DNA of 64,000 bases, from assembly GCA_036380735.1 (NCBI GenBank), contig DASVEE010000015.1, positions 48,954 through 112,953 of the forward strand, in the 5' to 3' direction. Of the stretch, positions 59,921 through 64,000 are shown one piece after another. Origin of the DNA: Thermoanaerobaculia bacterium (GTDB taxonomy: Bacteria; Acidobacteriota; Thermoanaerobaculia; Gp7-AA8). The notes under the pieces were generated by a model. The model did no database searches and was not told where the DNA came from. It worked only from the letters and a program-made list of their open reading frames with translations. Numbering within the stretch: the stretch's first letter is position 1; the number at the start of each line of letters is the position of its first letter. A program made the translations under genes and the position numbers.

Positions 59921-60937
59921 ATGCACGAGATCGATCAACGGGACCGGGAGCTTTTGAACGCTCTGCAGGGGGAGATTCCGCTCGTCTCGACGCCGTTTGC
60001 CGTTCTGGGCCAGCAGCTCGACATGTCCGAGAAAGAAGTGATCAAACGGACGGAGCGGCTCCGGCGCGAAGGACTGGTGCGGCAGGTCGCGCCTCAATTC
60101 GATTCGCGCGCGCTCGGCTACCGCTCGTGCCTCGTCGCGGCGCGCGTCATGCCCGAGCGCATCGACGATGCGGCGGCGACGATCGGCGCGCATCCCGGCG
60201 TCACCCAGAACTACCGGCGCAACAACGACTTCAACCTCTGGTTCACGATCCACGTCTCGCCGCTGTCGAAGCTGGGACTCGAAAAGACGATCGAGATCCT
60301 CGGCGATGAAGCCGAATGCCAGATCGTCCGGCCGCTGCCGACGCTGAAGCTCTTCAAGACCACGAGCGCCGACGGTGATTCGCACGCCGAGAACGAGACG
60401 CACGAGCCGGCGGCGCTGACGCCGCTGGAGATCGAATGCGTGCGCGTACTGCAGCGCGAAGTGCCGCTGCAACCGCGTCCCTTCGACGCGCTGGCGCGCG
60501 CCGCGAACCTCGGCGCCGACGAAGTGCTCGCGGCTGCACGCGCGCTGCTCGAGCGCGGCCAGATCCGCCGCTTCTCCGCCACGGTGACGCCGCGCAAGGC
60601 CGGCTTCGTCGCCAGCGCCATGGGCGTGTGGGCGGTGCCGCCCGACAGCGCCGACACGTTCGGCGCGCAACTCTCGCAGCACAAAGCGGTGTCGCACTGC
60701 TACCTCCGCCCGGTCTACGAGGACTGGCCGTACAACCTCTACACGACCGTGCATGGGCGCAGCGTCGATGAGTGCGAATCGATCATCAACGACCTCGCGA
60801 TCGACACCGGCCTGACGCAGAAGCAGGCGCTCTATCCGACCAAGGAGTACAAGAAGGCGCGTCTTCAGCTCTTCTCGCACGAGGCGGAAGAGTGGGAAGC
60901 GACGCACGCGTCGCGCCGCGCCGCCGCCGCGTCGTAG
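59921..60937 (+). CDS. Siroheme decarboxylase, fused NirD/NirL (AhbA/AhbB)-type Lrp/AsnC-like tandem domains
   Basis: Two repeats of LLNALQGEIPLV...PF..LG...SE.EV......L...G..R.....D..ALGY...L.A and AHP.VTQNYRR...FNLWF, typical of NirD/NirL/AhbA/AhbB. Confidence 0.65.
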   Translation: MHEIDQRDRELLNALQGEIPLVSTPFAVLGQQLDMSEKEVIKRTERLRREGLVRQVAPQFDSRALGYRSCLVAARVMPERIDDAAATIGAHPGVTQNYRRNNDFNLWFTIHVSPLSKLGLEKTIEILGDEAECQIVRPLPTLKLFKTTSADGDSHAENETHEPAALTPLEIECVRVLQREVPLQPRPFDALARAANLGADEVLAAARALLERGQIRRFSATVTPRKAGFVASAMGVWAVPPDSADTFGAQLSQHKAVSHCYLRPVYEDWPYNLYTTVHGRSVDECESIINDLAIDTGLTQKQALYPTKEYKKARLQLFSHEAEEWEATHASRRAAAAS

Positions 60938-60941
60938 CCGC

Positions 60942-61259
60942 TTGTTCGAGTCGTTTCAGGAGCCGCAGCCGGCCGAGCGCCTCCGCGCCGTGGCCGCGGC
61001 TCCGGTCGCGGCGTTTCTCCTCGCGCAGTTCTACTTCTCGCTGTACCCGCTGCTGAGCCGCGTGCCCGCGTGGCTGTTCTGGCTCATCGTGGCCATTCTC
61101 TTCGCGGGCACCGCGTGGGGCTTCTTTGCTACCGCGCGCATCGTGGTCAGACACGGCCGCAGCCTTGGGTGGCGGGGGATCGTCTGGCTGGTCTTCGCGG
61201 TGCTGGCGTCGCTGGTCTGCGGTTGGCTGCTGCTGTCGTTGACGCTGCCGTGGTTGTAG
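60942..61259 (+). CDS. Small hypothetical membrane protein (3 TM)
   Basis: Hydrophobic helices only. Confidence 0.35.
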   Translation: MFESFQEPQPAERLRAVAAAPVAAFLLAQFYFSLYPLLSRVPAWLFWLIVAILFAGTAWGFFATARIVVRHGRSLGWRGIVWLVFAVLASLVCGWLLLSLTLPWL

Positions 61260-61274
61260 GCCCGGGGGACGCAT

Positions 61275-61312
61275 CTGTCCTATACGTCCCATACGTCCTA
61301 TAGGTCCTATTA
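61275..61312. repeat. Single-arm GTCCTAT-type tandem array
   Basis: tgtcctatacgtcccatacgtcctataggtcctatt. Confidence 0.6.
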
Positions 61313-61329
61313 GAAATGAGGCCTCTCGC

Positions 61330-61992
61330 ATGACCTATCCCACCATCCCCTACACCCGTGAGCGCCGCTCCGAAATCGAGATGATCGAGGCCGCGCGCGC
61401 GTTCCTGCACACGCTTCTCCAGCGGCGCACGGTGCGTGAGTTCGCTCCCGATCCGATTCCGGACGAGGTGCTCGAGCTCGCGATCGCGGCCGCCAACGCC
61501 GCGCCCTCCGGCGCCAACATGCAGCCGTGGAAGTTCGTCGTCGTGAAGGATCCGGCGATCAAACGCGAGATCCGGCTCGCCGCGGAGAAGGAGGAGTACG
61601 ACAGCTACCACGGCCGCATGCCCGAAGAGTGGCTGCGCGCGCTCGCGCCGCTGCAGACCGACTGGCACAAGGAGTTCCTGGAGGTCGCCCCGGCGCTGAT
61701 CGTCATCTTCAAGGAGGACTTCGGCCTCGCGGAGGATGGGACGAAGGTGACGCACTACTACGTCAACGAATCAGTCGGCATCGCGTGCGGCTTCCTCCTC
61801 GCCGCGCTCAACGCCGCCGGACTGGCCACCCTCACTCATACGCCCAGTCCCATGGGCTTCCTTCGCGACATTCTGGGCCGCCCGAAGAACGAGAAGGCCT
61901 ACCTCCTCATCCCCGTCGGCTACCCGGCGGAGAATTGCCGCGTCCCCGACATCCGCAAAAAGACGCTCGACGAAGTACGGATCGTCCGTTGA
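61330..61992 (+). CDS. Nitroreductase-family flavoprotein (iodotyrosine deiodinase/BluB-like subfamily)
   Basis: RRTVREF...PSGANMQPWKFVVV nitroreductase N-terminal motif. Confidence 0.75.
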   Translation: MTYPTIPYTRERRSEIEMIEAARAFLHTLLQRRTVREFAPDPIPDEVLELAIAAANAAPSGANMQPWKFVVVKDPAIKREIRLAAEKEEYDSYHGRMPEEWLRALAPLQTDWHKEFLEVAPALIVIFKEDFGLAEDGTKVTHYYVNESVGIACGFLLAALNAAGLATLTHTPSPMGFLRDILGRPKNEKAYLLIPVGYPAENCRVPDIRKKTLDEVRIVR

Positions 61993-62222
61993 GGCCAACT
62001 TTTTTGACAAGCCATCAGGCGTAAGTCACTGAGCCCACGTGACCGGCATGCGGAACGCCGCGTGGAAAGACGCTCTCCCGAAAGGAGATGCGCATGGACC
62101 ACGATTGGATGGACGAAGACTTCATCCAGGACATGGACGAGATCGTGACGAGGGTGGAATCGCGCGACCTCACAGGGTGGGAAAAAGTCGTGTTTGTTGT
62201 TGGGACCGAGGAGGACTAACCT

Positions 62223-62420
62223 TTGACTATCATGACGATTCCCAAAGACAGAGTTCGTCGCCTGCTCGATTCTCTGCCGGACGAAGTGTCGTACGACGAC
62301 ATCCAGTACCACATCTACGCTCAGCAGAAGATCGATCGCGGACTCGATGCCTCGGCGCGGGGAGACTTCATCTCCGATGCCGAGATCGAGCAACGGATCG
62401 CTCGATGGGCTGGCGAGTAA
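62223..62420 (+). CDS. Small antitoxin-like protein (putative addiction-module component)
   Basis: 65 aa, acidic; 16-nt overlap with the downstream ParE-like gene. Confidence 0.45.
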   Translation: MTIMTIPKDRVRRLLDSLPDEVSYDDIQYHIYAQQKIDRGLDASARGDFISDAEIEQRIARWAGE

Positions 62421-62713
62421 AGTGGACGACGCCCGCATGGAATGACGTCGAGCACGCAGCTCGGTTCATCGCCCGCGATTCTCCGCATTATGCGGTGGTC
62501 CTGCAGCGCGAAGCTCAGGCCGCGGCGAATGCCTTGCGCCAGTTCGCGAAACGCGGACGAATAGTCCCGGAGCGTGAAGACGAGCGGCTGCGCGAGCTCT
62601 TCGTCGTCAGGACGTACCGCCTGATCTACAGGATCGTGGCTGACGACGAGGTGCACATCATCGCCTTCATCCATGGCGCCCGCCAGTTGGACTTGAGCGA
62701 TCGGCTCAACTAA
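62405..62713 (+). CDS. RelE/ParE-family type II toxin
   Basis: WTTPAWNDVEHAARFIA...RELFVVRTYRLIYRIVADDEVHIIAFIHGARQLD, a ParE signature; start at MGWRVKW inside the longer ORF. Confidence 0.65.
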   Translation: MGWRVKWTTPAWNDVEHAARFIARDSPHYAVVLQREAQAAANALRQFAKRGRIVPEREDERLRELFVVRTYRLIYRIVADDEVHIIAFIHGARQLDLSDRLN

Positions 62714-62940
62714 CTCTTCGTGCCGTCGTCCGGGTTCTCCACCGCCTGGACGGCGGCGATCGCTCCCTGGAAGCCGATCTTGGAGTGGGTGCCGTCGCAG
62801 AACGGCTTCATGGTCGAGCCGCCGCAGCGGCAGAGGGCGGCTTTCTTCACCGGGACCTCGTTGCCCTGCGCGTCGACGAGTTTGAACTCACCTTCGACTA
62901 TCAGCGGACCGTTATCGCGAATCTTGATCGTGACGCTCAT
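62710..62940 (-). CDS. CDGSH iron-sulfur domain protein
   Basis: CRCGGSTMKPFCDGTH motif. Confidence 0.85.
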   Translation of the reverse strand: MSVTIKIRDNGPLIVEGEFKLVDAQGNEVPVKKAALCRCGGSTMKPFCDGTHSKIGFQGAIAAVQAVENPDDGTKS

Positions 62941-62949
62941 CGGCTCTCC

Positions 62950-63336
62950 TTAGAAGATCGGGTTTTCGGCCACGTGGTGGAAGTTCCACTCGTACGTGAA
63001 GCCGGGGAACGGCACGGGCACCATGTACTTGACGTCGATACGGATGGAGTCGCGGCGGCGGACGATCTCGATGTCTTCCTTGCCGACCGGCAGGTTGAGA
63101 CGTTCCGCCTCGCCCAGAATCGCGCGGATGATCTGCGGGTCCTCGTGCGTGCCGGCGGCGCGGGCTTCGTCCGTCACGGTCTGACGGAGATCGGCGGTTC
63201 TCACCTTCACCGGAATCATCTTGTACGCGATGAACACCCCGGCAAGCAGCAAAAGCACACCGAAAATACAGCCGAGCTGACCCTCGCCCCGTTCGCGGCG
63301 GTTACCACCCATAGACCCTCCGATGATTTTCGACAT
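62950..63336 (-). CDS. Small N-terminally anchored hypothetical protein
   Basis: One TM helix (IFGVLLLLAGVFIAY); no motif recognised. Confidence 0.4.
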   Translation of the reverse strand: MSKIIGGSMGGNRRERGEGQLGCIFGVLLLLAGVFIAYKMIPVKVRTADLRQTVTDEARAAGTHEDPQIIRAILGEAERLNLPVGKEDIEIVRRRDSIRIDVKYMVPVPFPGFTYEWNFHHVAENPIF

Positions 63337-63351
63337 CTGGACGGCCGCATT

Positions 63352-63903
63352 CTACTCGATTGGAACGAGCGGGCGCGTCGCGGCGTGCGCGACGTTGTCA
63401 CGAGACGACGACGACCAGAGGATCAGCCGCGCGCGTCCGACGATGTACTCCGCCGGCAGCGGTCCCCAGTTGCGGCTGTCGTACGAGGCGTCGCGGTTGT
63501 CGCCCATCACGAAGTAGCAGTTGGAGGGGACGAGTTGCGCTCCGATCTCGCCGCTGGCGGAGGCACGGCGCACGTAGGGCTCCGGCAGTGTCTGCCTGCC
63601 GATGCGCACCTGCCCGAACGCCGAGTCGATCAGGTCGCCGGGCGTGGCGATGACCCGCTTCACCACGATCTCGTCCGGCTTCAGCGGCGAGCGGAAGACG
63701 ACCACGTCGCCGCGCCGCGGCTCATTGCCGAAGACGTACGGCGTCACCAGGATGTGGTCGCCCACCTGCAGCGTCGGGGACATCGACTCCGAGGGGATGG
63801 CATAGATGCCGATGGCCACCCGGACGAGCAGCGCCAGCCCGACCGCTACGGCGAGCGGCTCCAGAACCAGGCGAACGACGGACTTCTGGCGCATCAACAC
63901 CAC
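63352..63903 (-). CDS. lepB: Signal peptidase I
   Basis: SESMSPTL (Ser box), VVKRVIATPGD (Lys box), GDNRDASYDSR. Confidence 0.85.
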   Translation of the reverse strand: MVLMRQKSVVRLVLEPLAVAVGLALLVRVAIGIYAIPSESMSPTLQVGDHILVTPYVFGNEPRRGDVVVFRSPLKPDEIVVKRVIATPGDLIDSAFGQVRIGRQTLPEPYVRRASASGEIGAQLVPSNCYFVMGDNRDASYDSRNWGPLPAEYIVGRARLILWSSSSRDNVAHAATRPLVPIE

Positions 63904-64000
63904 GATAACGAACGAAGGGCCCTGGAAGTTCCGCGGGCGACAGCTACAGCGGGCACGACGGAAAAGCTGCCTACAGCGGAGCCGCGTGGAACGTCTCGTT

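Overview
A high-GC (about 65-70%) chromosomal window with roughly 67 protein-coding genes; I found no rRNA or tRNA genes, no transposases or integrases, and no CRISPR array. Gene content suggests a soil bacterium, possibly an acidobacterium-like lineage; this taxonomic call is an inference and could only be settled by a database search. Main contents, in order along the window:
- A cytoplasmic histidine kinase with a CheY-like response regulator.
- An Rrf2 regulator followed by a complete Fe-S assembly operon, sufBCDSU plus sufT.
- A tight cluster of small zinc-ribbon and proline-rich membrane proteins, one carrying a type II secretion pseudopilin-like (GspG-like) domain without a prepilin signal.
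- ddl, an MCE-family protein, and maf overlapping a RelE/Phd toxin-antitoxin pair, then galU.
- A redoxin gene with an in-frame TGA at the first cysteine of its CxxC motif, so a candidate selenoprotein.
- A BNR-repeat propeller protein, a KDPG aldolase, a Ser/Thr kinase with TPR repeats, and an MglA-like GTPase with a long C-terminal tail.
- A four-gene operon of a SAM methyltransferase with bshC, bshB and bshA, a candidate N-methyl-bacillithiol pathway.
- A lytic transglycosylase, proS, a FadL-like outer-membrane protein and a VanX-like dipeptidase.
- An aromatic-amine catabolic island: aldehyde dehydrogenase, AmnB-like extradiol dioxygenase, an AmnA-like domain fused to a RidA domain, kynurenine formamidase and an asparaginase-II family protein.
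- A GGDEF-EAL protein, lipopolysaccharide/O-antigen genes, an ECF sigma / anti-sigma / DUF4097 module, an NAD-type isocitrate dehydrogenase, a NirDL/AhbAB-type siroheme decarboxylase, a second ParE-type toxin-antitoxin pair, and lepB.
The most striking and apparently unexplained feature is a dense family of about 25 intergenic elements, roughly one per 2.5 kb. Each is a large hairpin whose two arms are complementary tandem arrays of short 7-9 nt units (for example GAATTGA, GAACGCA, GTCCGTT, GGTTTTC, GGATTGA, GGGCTCA, GAATGAA/GAATTTC, and a GTCCTATnn 9-mer). The arms surround a GC-rich core that often contains GCTTCGCTGG...GCGCAGC, itself an inverted repeat. Copies with the same unit recur as local pairs, one copy sits between the antitoxin and toxin genes of a toxin-antitoxin operon, and two copies bracket the GTPase gene.
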